From an uncultured Candidatus Saccharibacteria bacterium (GTDB taxonomy: Bacteria; Patescibacteriota; Minisyncoccia; Phycocordibacterales; UBA12088), in NCBI GenBank assembly GCA_964562615.1, contig CAZLUD010000002.1, positions 153,300 to 217,299 on the forward strand: a stretch of 64,000 nucleotides of DNA, read 5' to 3'. Positions 43,234 to 52,684 of the stretch are shown here, in pieces. The translations under genes were made by a program, and so were the position numbers. The first letter of the stretch is position 1. Every line of letters begins with the position of its first letter. The notes below the pieces were generated by a model that worked only from the letters and a program-made list of their open reading frames with translations, was not told the DNA's origin and searched no databases.

Positions 43234-43620
43234 TTATAACTTTGGAAAGAATTGCTGAACTTGAGCCAAAATTTTCTTGAACTGATTTTTCGGTAATTTA
43301 TACATAAGACGTTCTAGACGTTTGCTACTAACAAGTCTAAGTTGAGAAAGGATAACTGCCGATCCTTCTTGTCCGCCAATCGGAAAATAATACTGATTTC
43401 GCTTATCTGATGTAGTAAGTGGAAGTGCCCAAAAAACGTCCCTATTAAATTTCTTTATTACCAGAACGGGCCTTTCGAACTTTTCTCCACCATCTTGCTC
43501 ATACCCCACGTTTAGCCCAAGCGAACACCACCATATCTCTCGCTCATGAAAGAACGGAACATTCTCTCTTTCATGAATAATTTTCTTTTTCTTATTCCAG
43601 ACTTCAAAATCTTTTTTCAT
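43234..43620 (-). CDS. PemK/MazF-family toxin-like protein
   Basis: REIWWCSLGLNVGYEQDGGEKFERPVLVIKKF...ALPLTT...SAVILSQLRLVSSKRL aligns by eye with the MazF/EndoA pattern (G.EQ.G.RPVL.I ... P.T ... S..L..Q.R....RL). Confidence 0.7.
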   Translation of the reverse strand: MKKDFEVWNKKKKIIHERENVPFFHEREIWWCSLGLNVGYEQDGGEKFERPVLVIKKFNRDVFWALPLTTSDKRNQYYFPIGGQEGSAVILSQLRLVSSKRLERLMYKLPKNQFKKILAQVQQFFPKL

Positions 43621-43628
43621 GCTACCAC

Positions 43629-44078
43629 CTATAACGTATCAAGCTTGTGATTACGTCTACTATGTCGCTCCTCATTTGGAAAAATTGTCGTAAGAAATAT
43701 TTTAACCGCCGCCTTTGCCTCATCATGAGTCAAAAACCTTGCGCCGAGTGATAACGCATTTGCATCATTATGCTCTCTACTCAAGGTTATAAGCTCAAGG
43801 TTGTTGGTATTGTAAGATACTGCTCGTACCCCCTTAAAACGGTTTGCCATAATCGCCTCTCCATACCCTGATCCACCAAGTATGATTGCTCGAGTGTCTT
43901 CATCTGCGTGTGAGAGTTCTTTTGCAGCAAGTGCAATGTAGTCATTGTAATCATCATCCGCGACAAGAGCACTTGCTCCCATATCAACAACTTCGTGCCC
44001 TAATACATGAGCTACATACTCAACAAGCACCTCTTTTAGAGCGAAGCCTGCGTGATCTGTTGCAAATAATATTTTCAT
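43629..44078 (-). CDS. rpiB: ribose-5-phosphate isomerase B
   Basis: MKILFATDHAGFALKEVL, ILGGSGYGEAIMANRFKGVRA (RpiB/LacA/LacB family). Confidence 0.9.
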   Translation of the reverse strand: MKILFATDHAGFALKEVLVEYVAHVLGHEVVDMGASALVADDDYNDYIALAAKELSHADEDTRAIILGGSGYGEAIMANRFKGVRAVSYNTNNLELITLSREHNDANALSLGARFLTHDEAKAAVKIFLTTIFPNEERHSRRNHKLDTL

Positions 44079-44087
44079 AAATGAATT

Positions 44088-44621
44088 TTAGTGGTCAGCA
44101 AACATATACGGGCTATAGCCGTAGCCGCCTCCCGCATAACTGCACCAATAAGTTTCTCCTCCCCAATCATGATATCGCCAACCTCGTACCGCGCATCGCT
44201 CAGGATGACTTGTGTTTTCAAATTGTCCAACGAGGTCATATTTTTGACCTGAACCAGAGCCGTATACATACGTATAGTAGCCATTATTCCACGGACCAGC
44301 ACATGAGGTATTGATAGGATCCTTTGGCAAACTTGGCATATATGCTGTTAAAGCACTTTGTAAGTTATTCCATGACGAATCACAGCTATACCACCACCCT
44401 CCAATTGGATACGCACCATTTGCATCATAATAAAGCTCAAGCGCTATTCTTACCTGCTGTAAATCAGCCTGTCTTTTTGCATCTCGCGCCTTTGCACGAG
44501 CACTATTAAGCGACGCAAATACCACCGATGAAAGTAGCCCGATGATGGCGATAACCACGAGTAGCTCAATGAGTGTAAACCCCTTTCTTGTATTATTACT
44601 TAATGAAGAGAAAGTACCCAT
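44088..44621 (-). CDS. type IV pilin-like protein, paralog P6
   Basis: Leader MGTFSSLSNNTRKG|FTLIELLVVIAIIGLLSSVVFASLNSAR. Confidence 0.85.
   Translation of the reverse strand: MGTFSSLSNNTRKGFTLIELLVVIAIIGLLSSVVFASLNSARAKARDAKRQADLQQVRIALELYYDANGAYPIGGWWYSCDSSWNNLQSALTAYMPSLPKDPINTSCAGPWNNGYYTYVYGSGSGQKYDLVGQFENTSHPERCAVRGWRYHDWGGETYWCSYAGGGYGYSPYMFADH
44495..44573 (-). repeat. 79-nt segment identical to 42974..43052 (pilin constant region)
   Basis: Direct comparison of the two stretches in the sequence shows no mismatch. Confidence 0.9.
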
Positions 44622-44626
44622 TATAG

Positions 44627-45664
44627 TTATATATACTTTCCCGCTTCTTTGACGTGCTGTATAAGCGAGTGAGTGTAGCCCATTTCATTGTCGTACCACG
44701 CAAGTACCTTAACAAGGTCACCATCTACCACCTGCGTAAGGGAGAGATCCGCTATTGAGGCAAAGGGCTGTCCCAACACATCACTTGATACTATAGGTTC
44801 TTCTGTGAATGAAAACACATCTTTCCACCGAGGAGTAAGTGCCGCTTCTTTAAGTGCGGTGTTTACTTCTGCTACTGAGGTACGTCTTTTTGCAACAAAT
44901 GTAATATCAGCAATTGACCCTGCGATTACAGGCACTCGCATTGCCACCCCATCAAATTTTCCTGCAAGATCGGTAATAGCCTTGGTGGTAGCAACCGCTG
45001 CGCCGGTAGTGGTGGGTACAATGTTGTGTGCTGCAGCTCTCCCTTCTTTCCAATCTTTTGGTTTGGTACCGTCGACAATAGATTGACTTGCGGTATAAGC
45101 ATGGGTGGTGTTAAGCATTGCCTTTTCTATGCCAATAGCCTCATGCAATATTTGTATCACAGGAGACACGGCATTAGTGGTGCATGATGCATTAGAAGAT
45201 ATATCTGCGTCTTTAAGAAGCTCGGTATTAATACCCATTAGCGCGGTAACTCCAACAATTCCATTTGGTGCCTCGTCTTTTACCGGAGCGCTGATAACCA
45301 CTCGTTTAGCTCCTGCCTCAAGATGTACTCGCGCCTTTTCATAACTTGCAAATACACCGGTAGATTCAAGGACTATATCAATATCTAATTCACCCCACGG
45401 CAACATGGTGGGATCTTTTTCTGATAAAAATCTCGTATGATTACCCTCAACATCCATAAACACCGCACTCCCCTCCTTTTTTATTTTTGGGTCAAACCCG
45501 CTTCGCCCATACACCGTGTCGTATTTAAGCAGATACGCAAGATTTTCTGCGTCGCCTAAGTCATTAATGGCGATTATTTGTAATTCAGGAATATTTTTAG
45601 CAACACTAAAAAATGCCCTTCCTATTCTTCCAAATCCATTTATTGCTACTCGTATTCTTTTCAT
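44627..45664 (-). CDS. gap: glyceraldehyde-3-phosphate dehydrogenase
   Basis: VAINGFGRIGR, SNASCTTNAVSP (active-site Cys) and WYDNEMGY. Confidence 0.95.
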   Translation of the reverse strand: MKRIRVAINGFGRIGRAFFSVAKNIPELQIIAINDLGDAENLAYLLKYDTVYGRSGFDPKIKKEGSAVFMDVEGNHTRFLSEKDPTMLPWGELDIDIVLESTGVFASYEKARVHLEAGAKRVVISAPVKDEAPNGIVGVTALMGINTELLKDADISSNASCTTNAVSPVIQILHEAIGIEKAMLNTTHAYTASQSIVDGTKPKDWKEGRAAAHNIVPTTTGAAVATTKAITDLAGKFDGVAMRVPVIAGSIADITFVAKRRTSVAEVNTALKEAALTPRWKDVFSFTEEPIVSSDVLGQPFASIADLSLTQVVDGDLVKVLAWYDNEMGYTHSLIQHVKEAGKYI

Positions 45665-45728
45665 TGTATCTAGTATACATTACTTTTTTTCAACATATCA
45701 CCTTTATTCCCATTCTTTTGTTCTGCCG

Positions 45729-46259
45729 TTATATACCCCCCGTCGTTACTTTATAATTTGGTCTATTAGAAGAGCCGCACGCACCCGCCCCACCTCGCAA
45801 CCAATTATCTGTACCACTTGCTGGGTTGAGATTATTTTGGGTCTGATCTTCAAGAGTGGCATACAGCGCGTACTGTGTTGCTCCTGCATTTGGCGCAGAA
45901 CAATTGTTATATACGTTGCTTATATATAAATATGAATTGTTGTAACAGCTTCCATCTTGTGGGTCCTTAGGAAAAGTAGGAAGAAACTGTAACATTTTTG
46001 ACTCCATAGCAAGACTTGTCTCAATTTGATAATCAACCGCTGGACATGCGCTAGATGGGTATCCACCATACGTGTCGTAATACAATTCGAGCCCTTTCTG
46101 AAGCTCAGCTAGATCGGCTTTTCTTCGAGCATCGCGAGCCTTTCCACGCGCGGTATTTAATGACGCAAATACTACCGACGAAAGTAGCCCGATGATGGCG
46201 ATAACCACCAGAAGCTCGATGAGGGTAAATCCATGTTTGTATCTTAAAAATTTATGCAT
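45729..46259 (-). CDS. type IV pilin-like protein, paralog P7
   Basis: Leader MHKFLRYKHG|FTLIELLVVIAIIGLLSSVVFASLNTAR. Confidence 0.85.
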   Translation of the reverse strand: MHKFLRYKHGFTLIELLVVIAIIGLLSSVVFASLNTARGKARDARRKADLAELQKGLELYYDTYGGYPSSACPAVDYQIETSLAMESKMLQFLPTFPKDPQDGSCYNNSYLYISNVYNNCSAPNAGATQYALYATLEDQTQNNLNPASGTDNWLRGGAGACGSSNRPNYKVTTGGI

Positions 46260-46571
46260 AGAATATTGTGCACAGTATACTATATTGATTACTCGATTGG
46301 CGCTGCAGCTGGCGCATCACCTAATATACATCCCATACACTTATAAGTGGTGGTAATGTCGAGTTTTATTACAATAGTGGAGATTACACCAACGTATCAA
46401 GCTACCTATTTAAAAGGATCAAGCGTATCTATATATTCTATTAGTAAGAGTAATTTACCACTCTCTGATTATGAAAATTTAAGTAGGAAATTGTACAAAA
46501 ATACACTCACATCTTCACGCTTAAGTTGGCATCCCTTGAAAATCTATCTCGTCTAAACGAGATACGTTGAT

Positions 46572-47195
46572 TTATAAAGATATTTCGGATGCTGATACCA
46601 CCTGGACTCCTCGGGTAAGTCCTTCTGAATCAGAGTATGAGTATGTTGCTTCAAGCCCGAAAGTAGCGATTGCAAACAGTAGTACCGCGGCAGCTGGTAG
46701 CAAAATGCCCTGCATAGTAAATCTAACACTGCGAGGAGTGTGTCGTACCTGAATTGGCGACAGTATCTCTCTTTTAACCGGCACTGTCTCTACTGGTGAG
46801 ACTAGCGACTCTGTTTTTTGTGGCAAATCCTTTGATACCATTGGATAGAGGGGTGCATCGTCATATTCAAACATTATTTGCTCCTCATTTTTAGGAATAA
46901 ATGATGATCTTTTTGATAATTCCTCAACAAGGTACTTTTGCCTCTCGGTGTAGGTGCCCTTTCTCTTAATTTCTACAGCCATACCCCTTGGAGAATTCTC
47001 AGAAATTCGCTTTTGAACCTTTCTGCCGCAAAGAGATGTCTGCTCGACGTACCAAGTACGCCCAACCAACCTACAGTCTGCTCTGTTAGCTCTACAAAGC
47101 TGACCAATGTAATCAGTAGTATATCCAGTAAGCTGTGACGCTCGTACTGAAGATACATACGCCTTACCATTAAAGACTAGTGCATTCTCCTTCAT
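46572..47195 (-). CDS. hypothetical protein with N-terminal HTH-like (excisionase/MerR-like) segment and C-terminal TM
   Basis: YVSSVRASQLTGYTTDYIGQLCRANRADCRLVGRTWYV resembles a small HTH. The C-terminal helix is GILLPAAAVLLFAIATFGL. Confidence 0.5.
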   Translation of the reverse strand: MKENALVFNGKAYVSSVRASQLTGYTTDYIGQLCRANRADCRLVGRTWYVEQTSLCGRKVQKRISENSPRGMAVEIKRKGTYTERQKYLVEELSKRSSFIPKNEEQIMFEYDDAPLYPMVSKDLPQKTESLVSPVETVPVKREILSPIQVRHTPRSVRFTMQGILLPAAAVLLFAIATFGLEATYSYSDSEGLTRGVQVVSASEISL

Positions 47196-47267
47196 GTGGT
47201 AATTATACCACCAAGCACCCTCTAGAGCACAAGGTATTTGTGCACAGGTCGGCTAGACGAGATATTT

Positions 47268-48665
47268 TTATGATTTTACAGCACTTATTATTGCCTCACG
47301 CAGCTTCTGCGGATTTGCTGAGCCTTTAGATAACTTCATTCCTTGCCCTACCAAAAACTGTAGTGAGCTATCCTTGCCTTTAGTATATTCAACAACTACA
47401 GCAGCATTCACCGCAATCACCTCTTTTGCAATAGCAATAAGTAGCGAATCATCATTTACCTGAAGCAGCCCAAGGCTAGTAGCAATAGCTTTTGCATCAT
47501 TATCTCCTGATTCATTTAATGATTTGAGCAAATCTTTAGCCCCTCTTGAAGATAGCTCGCCAGATTCAAGTAGACCAATAAGGGAACGCATACCAAGGGT
47601 GGTAAGCTGATTTCTACCCCCTAATCCATTTAGATCCGAGGTAAGATAATTGGCTGCCTTAGTAACAAATGAAGTAACTGACTCATTACCACTTATAACC
47701 TCATCAAAAAAGTGACCTAATTCAATCTGATTAGTGAGCGTATCCCGTACATCAGCAGCAATACCATACGAGTCGAGGCGCCTTCTTCTCTCTTCAGGTA
47801 ATTCTGGCATCAACGCTTTAAGTGCCTCAACAGAAAATTCTGGGATTTCTGAGATTACATATTTTGGAATGTCTGGATCTGGAAAATATCGATAGTCGTG
47901 CGCGCTTTCCTTTTTTCTTTGAGAGAATGTTTTTTCACCCATTTCGTCCCACCCTCGTGTCTCCTGAACTATCTCGTCTCCCCGAGATATCGCTTCAATA
48001 TGACGTTTTATTTCGAACTCAATCGCCCTCTCTACTGACTTAAATGAATTGAGATTTTTTACTTCTACCTTGGTGCCAAGTGCGTCGGTTGCACTTACTG
48101 ATATGTTTGCCTCAACTCGCATCTCACCTCTTTCCATATTTGCATCAGAGACACCAAGTGTTCGAAGAAGTAACTGTAGCTCCTTAGCAAAGGCACTTGC
48201 CTCCTCACCACTGTGGAGCACTGGCTCTGTCACCAACTCCATAAGAGGCACTCCTGCTCTGTTAAAATCAACGAGGCTGCCGCTTATACTCTCGTGTGAT
48301 GACTTTGCCGTATCCTCCTCAAGATGGATACGTGTTAGCAAAACGCCTTTTATGCTACCTCCAGATACTAGTGGATGCTTGTACTGGCTTATCTGGTAGC
48401 CTTTTGGAATATCTGGGTAGAAATAGTTCTTTCTATCAAATTCTGTGTAGTCAGCTAGAGTGCCGCCAACCGCAACACCAACAGTAAGCACCTTTTTAAC
48501 TGCTTCTTTGTTAACCCGAGGAAGTACCCCTGGATGCCCCATACATACTGGGCAAATATTAGTATTTGGCTCTGCTGATGGGTCATTAGCAGAGTTACAA
48601 AACATCTTTGTTTTAGTCTTTAGCTCTACGTGTATTTCAAGACCGATAGTAGGTTTAAATTCCAT
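47268..48665 (-). CDS. gatB: Asp-tRNA(Asn)/Glu-tRNA(Gln) amidotransferase subunit B
   Basis: PTIGLEIHVELKTKTKMFC, DFNRAGVPLMELVTEP, RVEANISV and a C-terminal YqeY-like tail. Confidence 0.92.
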   Translation of the reverse strand: MEFKPTIGLEIHVELKTKTKMFCNSANDPSAEPNTNICPVCMGHPGVLPRVNKEAVKKVLTVGVAVGGTLADYTEFDRKNYFYPDIPKGYQISQYKHPLVSGGSIKGVLLTRIHLEEDTAKSSHESISGSLVDFNRAGVPLMELVTEPVLHSGEEASAFAKELQLLLRTLGVSDANMERGEMRVEANISVSATDALGTKVEVKNLNSFKSVERAIEFEIKRHIEAISRGDEIVQETRGWDEMGEKTFSQRKKESAHDYRYFPDPDIPKYVISEIPEFSVEALKALMPELPEERRRRLDSYGIAADVRDTLTNQIELGHFFDEVISGNESVTSFVTKAANYLTSDLNGLGGRNQLTTLGMRSLIGLLESGELSSRGAKDLLKSLNESGDNDAKAIATSLGLLQVNDDSLLIAIAKEVIAVNAAVVVEYTKGKDSSLQFLVGQGMKLSKGSANPQKLREAIISAVKS

Positions 48666-48687
48666 ACCGACACTATAGCAGAGCGCC

Positions 48688-49659
48688 CTATTTGCTCAAA
48701 ATCGTAAGGAGAACTTCACGAAGATGCTTCATGCTAGCATCATCAATCACTGAAACTGGGATCATGTCCTTGCCGGTTTTTGATTTGAATTCTTGTATGA
48801 GTCTTGTTGCCTCCTCAAAAGAAACAGTATCAACCTGAGAAAGTAGTACAAGCTCCTCCTTCTTTAGCAAATCATCGCTAAACGCTCCGAGCTCATCTCG
48901 TATTGATTTATAGCTTAAAACTTGGTTTTCTCGGCTAGCCGAGATAAGATGGACAAGTATTTTTGTTCTGGTTACATGCTTTAAAAACTTGTGACCAAGC
49001 CCCTTACCTTCTGACGCACCCTCTATAAGTCCTGGTATGTCGGCAATGACATACTTGTCCATCACGCCTAGTGATGGCTCGAGTGTAGTAAACGGATAGT
49101 CACCAACTTTAGAGTGAGAATTAGTTAGCGCATTAAGGAGTGATGATTTTCCGGCATTTGGAAACCCTATGAGTCCTATATCAGCAATAAGCTCAAGCTC
49201 TATTAAAAAGGAGCCTTCCTCGCCACCTTCACCAGGCGTGAATTCCATTGGTGTGGTATTGCGAGAGCTTTTAAACTCGGTATTCCCAAGTCCTCCCTTT
49301 CCTCCTTTTAAAAGGAGCTCAATCTGCCCCTCGTTATCAATTCGAATCTGTCTATCGGAGTCTCGTTGTGTGATGATGCTTCCAGTGGGTACCTCTATAT
49401 ATAGGTCTTGTCCATTCTTTCCATGCTCATTATTTTTTCTCCCTGACTCACCGTGGGCTGCAGCAAAATTAGTATCTCCTTTATATCGCGCGAGTATCAT
49501 TCGATCACGTACCCCCTTGAGGTATACGTCACCACCCTTACCACCATTACCTCCTGCAGGGCCACCAAGTGGGACAAACTTCTCTCTACGCCAACGCACC
49601 ACACCGGTGCCACCGTTGCCTGCCTTTGCTTGTATGAGTAATTCGTCTACGAATGCCAT
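48688..49659 (-). CDS. obg: GTPase Obg/CgtA
   Basis: FVDELLIQAKAGNGGTGVVRWRREKF, the Gly-rich Obg fold, and G1 GFPNAGKSSL. Confidence 0.92.
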   Translation of the reverse strand: MAFVDELLIQAKAGNGGTGVVRWRREKFVPLGGPAGGNGGKGGDVYLKGVRDRMILARYKGDTNFAAAHGESGRKNNEHGKNGQDLYIEVPTGSIITQRDSDRQIRIDNEGQIELLLKGGKGGLGNTEFKSSRNTTPMEFTPGEGGEEGSFLIELELIADIGLIGFPNAGKSSLLNALTNSHSKVGDYPFTTLEPSLGVMDKYVIADIPGLIEGASEGKGLGHKFLKHVTRTKILVHLISASRENQVLSYKSIRDELGAFSDDLLKKEELVLLSQVDTVSFEEATRLIQEFKSKTGKDMIPVSVIDDASMKHLREVLLTILSK

Positions 49660-49699
49660 GTATCACACAGACTACAGTGCATAATGAACTCCTGCAAGT

Positions 49700-49739
49700 C
49701 ATATAAAAACACTTCTCGATTGAGAAGTGTTTTTATATG
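49700..49739 (-). terminator. terminator palindrome between the holin-like gene and obg
   Basis: catataaaaacacttctc-gatt-gagaagtgtttttatatg. Confidence 0.65.
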
Positions 49740-49756
49740 ACATACTCGTATGTGTT

Positions 49757-50095
49757 TTATGGGAGCACCTTGTTCCCTACCCATGTTACCAGCGAGATGA
49801 TGAGCGCGCCCAAGAGCGCCGGAATAAATCCATCAATGTGGAAACCTTCGACAAATGACGCAACAAACCAAAGAAGCAGTGCATTAAGGACAAACGCAAA
49901 CAATCCGAGTGTGAGAATAGTCACTGGTAGAGTGAGTACAAAGAGGATTGGCTTGAGGGTGATGTTGATGAGCCCAAGCAAGAGGGCGACAATGAGCGTA
50001 GTAGTGAGTCCATCCACGGACACACCAGGAACAAGCCGCGCAACAAGGAGGATGCTAAACACTATAAGAAGGTATCGCGTGATGAGGTGAGTCAT
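49757..50095 (-). CDS. Phage_holin_4_2 / YvlD-like (DUF360) membrane protein
   Basis: 112 aa and 4 TM. LVARLVPGVSVDG...LLGLINITLKPIL..LTLPVTILTLGLF..VLNALLLW is typical of this widespread family. Confidence 0.7.
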   Translation of the reverse strand: MTHLITRYLLIVFSILLVARLVPGVSVDGLTTTLIVALLLGLINITLKPILFVLTLPVTILTLGLFAFVLNALLLWFVASFVEGFHIDGFIPALLGALIISLVTWVGNKVLP

Positions 50096-50104
50096 AGAGT
50101 GAGA

Positions 50105-52606
50105 TTATTTGTTTTCAATAATCCTAAAACCTTGTGCTATTTTTGCTTCTGCCTTTTTATACTTTACCGTCTCGGTAGTCACTCCATCGGTGATAGTGAC
50201 AAGGTCATTTCTACCATACTCCGTGGTACTGTCAGTCACTGGTGAGGTGGTGCCAGTACTTGGCTGTATAGCCTGCACCTTTATCTGCCCTATCGGCATT
50301 GCGCTAGGGGCAAGGGTAGGTAATTTATTTCTGATATCCTCTTCTATATTTTCTTCTAGCTCTTTAAAGAGTCTAAGTCCTTCCTTTCTGTATTCAATAA
50401 GCGGGTCTCGTTGGCCGTACGCTCGTAGGTTAACACTTGAGCGTAGGTACTCCATGCTCTCAAGATGATCCATCCAAAGCGTATCTATAGTGCGCATAAT
50501 CAATCGACGTGCTTGTGTATACATCATCACTGCGCCAAGCTCACTCTTTTTACCCTCTAGTATACGCGTAAGTGCCTCTGTATCACGAGAACACGATATC
50601 AAAAGCTCATCGACTTCAGCGTCGCTTCCGAGTAGCGCAATCATGCGCTTTTTATATATTGCCTGTCGCTGATGATTCATTACATTGTCGTAGGCAAGTA
50701 CATGCTTTCGAGAATCAAAATTGAATCCTTCTATTCTCTTTTGAGCGGTTTCAAGTGACTTAGAAATGCGACCGTGTGTTATCGCTTCATCTTCTGGCAA
50801 TTTATCCATCACCATTCGTATGAGCTCATTGTTACCAAAGACGCGCATAAGATCATCGTCGAGCGAAACAAAGAATTGTGTCTCACCTGGATCCCCTTGC
50901 CTACCCGAGCGACCTCTGAGCTGGTTGTCGATACGACGAGCTTCGTGACGCTCTGTACCAAGCACAAAGAGACCACCAAGCGCCTTAACCTCTTCTCTGC
51001 CTTCTGGGGTTGCTGGTACACCACCTAGTTTTATATCAACACCTCTTCCTGCCATGTTGGTTGCCACGGTGACATTGCCCTTCTTTCCTGCTTGCGCGAT
51101 TATCTCTCCTTCGCGTTCATGGTTTTTAGCATTAAGCACTTCATGAGGTACTCCCTCTTTATGAAGATATGCACTGAGTAGTTCATTCTTTTCTATTGAA
51201 ACCGTACCAATGAGTACTGGCTGTCCAAGGGCATTTACTTCTTTAACCTTTTTAGCTACCGCGCTAAATTTGGCATTTTCGTTTTTATATATAAGATCAT
51301 TCTTGTCTATCCTAGAAATTGTGCGATGGGTCGGTATAACAATTGTCTCCAAGTTATATACCGTTTGAAATTCTTCTGCTGAAGTCTCTGCGGTACCGGT
51401 CATACCTGCGAGCTTTTTATACATTCTGAAATAATTCTGAAATGTTACAGACGCGTAGGTACGACTCTCTCTTTGTACCGGCATACCTTCTTTTGCTTCT
51501 ATTGCTTGGTGAAGTCCCTCACTCCAGCGTCTTCCAGGCTGTAATCTACCGGTAAACTCGTCCACAATGACTATTTGCCCATCTTTGACTACATACTGCT
51601 TATCCTTTGTATACAACGCCTTGGCGCGTATTGCCGTCTCGAGGTGATGTACATATTTGATTCCCTTTTGGGTATAAATGTCAGTTACCCCGAGCATTTT
51701 TTCAGCTTTCTCTATCCCCTTATCAGTTATTGAAATTGATCTTGATTTTTCTTCCTTTTCAAAATCTTCTCCTTCATTCAAGGAGCGAGCTATTTCAGCA
51801 AATGTCTGATAGAGATTCTCAGACTCTGCTGCGGGACTTGAAATGATAAGCGGTGTTCTTGCCTCGTCTATTAATATAGAGTCTATTTCGTCGACAATGG
51901 CATAGTGATGTCCACGCTGTCGGAGTGCCTGTGGTTCATACTCAATATTATCTCGTAGGTAGTCAAAGCCGTACTCATTATTAGTGCCGTAGGTAATGTC
52001 GGCATGATAGGCGTCCTTTTTTGATGCGGGTCGTAGATATTCATGCACCACCTTAAAAGAACCAAGCGCATCTCGTACCTCATCTTCATTTGATTCTTCA
52101 GGCTTAGCGGTCGCGTCATACAAATATGCCCCATCACCGTTGATGATACCGACGCGTAGTCCTAAAAAGGAGTATATTTGCCCCATCCATACCGCGTCGC
52201 GACGAGCAAGGTAATCATTAACAGTGATGACGTGAACGCCATCACCAACAAGCGCATTAAGGTACACAGGGAGTGTAGCTACCAAGGTCTTTCCTTCTCC
52301 TGTTTTCATTTCTGCAATGTTTCCTTCATGAAGGGCAATACCTCCCATGAGCTGGACATCATAGTGTCGCTCGCCACTTAGGCGTCTTGATACTTCTCTT
52401 ACTACCGCAAACGCCTCTGGGAGGAGCATGGCGGTAGTCTCACCTTTTGCAAGGCGTGCTTTAAACTCGGTTGTTTTTTGACGAAGCTCGTCATCACTAA
52501 GCGCCAGTAGCCCTTGTTCTAGCGCATTGATTTTAGCCACTATTGGCTTATAGCGCTTTATCGCCTTTGTAGAGGGGGTGCCGAATATAGTGTCAAATAT
52601 TTTCAT
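50105..52606 (-). CDS. secA: preprotein translocase ATPase SecA
   Basis: EMKTGEGKTLVATLP, DEIDSILIDEARTPLIIS, TNMAGRGVDIKLGG. Start at MKIFDTIFG. Confidence 0.95.
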   Translation of the reverse strand: MKIFDTIFGTPSTKAIKRYKPIVAKINALEQGLLALSDDELRQKTTEFKARLAKGETTAMLLPEAFAVVREVSRRLSGERHYDVQLMGGIALHEGNIAEMKTGEGKTLVATLPVYLNALVGDGVHVITVNDYLARRDAVWMGQIYSFLGLRVGIINGDGAYLYDATAKPEESNEDEVRDALGSFKVVHEYLRPASKKDAYHADITYGTNNEYGFDYLRDNIEYEPQALRQRGHHYAIVDEIDSILIDEARTPLIISSPAAESENLYQTFAEIARSLNEGEDFEKEEKSRSISITDKGIEKAEKMLGVTDIYTQKGIKYVHHLETAIRAKALYTKDKQYVVKDGQIVIVDEFTGRLQPGRRWSEGLHQAIEAKEGMPVQRESRTYASVTFQNYFRMYKKLAGMTGTAETSAEEFQTVYNLETIVIPTHRTISRIDKNDLIYKNENAKFSAVAKKVKEVNALGQPVLIGTVSIEKNELLSAYLHKEGVPHEVLNAKNHEREGEIIAQAGKKGNVTVATNMAGRGVDIKLGGVPATPEGREEVKALGGLFVLGTERHEARRIDNQLRGRSGRQGDPGETQFFVSLDDDLMRVFGNNELIRMVMDKLPEDEAITHGRISKSLETAQKRIEGFNFDSRKHVLAYDNVMNHQRQAIYKKRMIALLGSDAEVDELLISCSRDTEALTRILEGKKSELGAVMMYTQARRLIMRTIDTLWMDHLESMEYLRSSVNLRAYGQRDPLIEYRKEGLRLFKELEENIEEDIRNKLPTLAPSAMPIGQIKVQAIQPSTGTTSPVTDSTTEYGRNDLVTITDGVTTETVKYKKAEAKIAQGFRIIENK

Positions 52607-52684
52607 AGGTAAAACATGTGCATGGTAGCACATTTTTTGCTGATTCGGAACCCAGTCTTAGCGGATTTTGACATTAACCACTCC

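Noticed and set aside
49757-50095. The Phage_holin_4_2-like gene as evidence for a prophage or lysis cassette.
   Set aside because: The YvlD/DUF360 family is widespread in non-phage chromosomal contexts. Here it sits between secA and obg with no endolysin or phage structural genes nearby.
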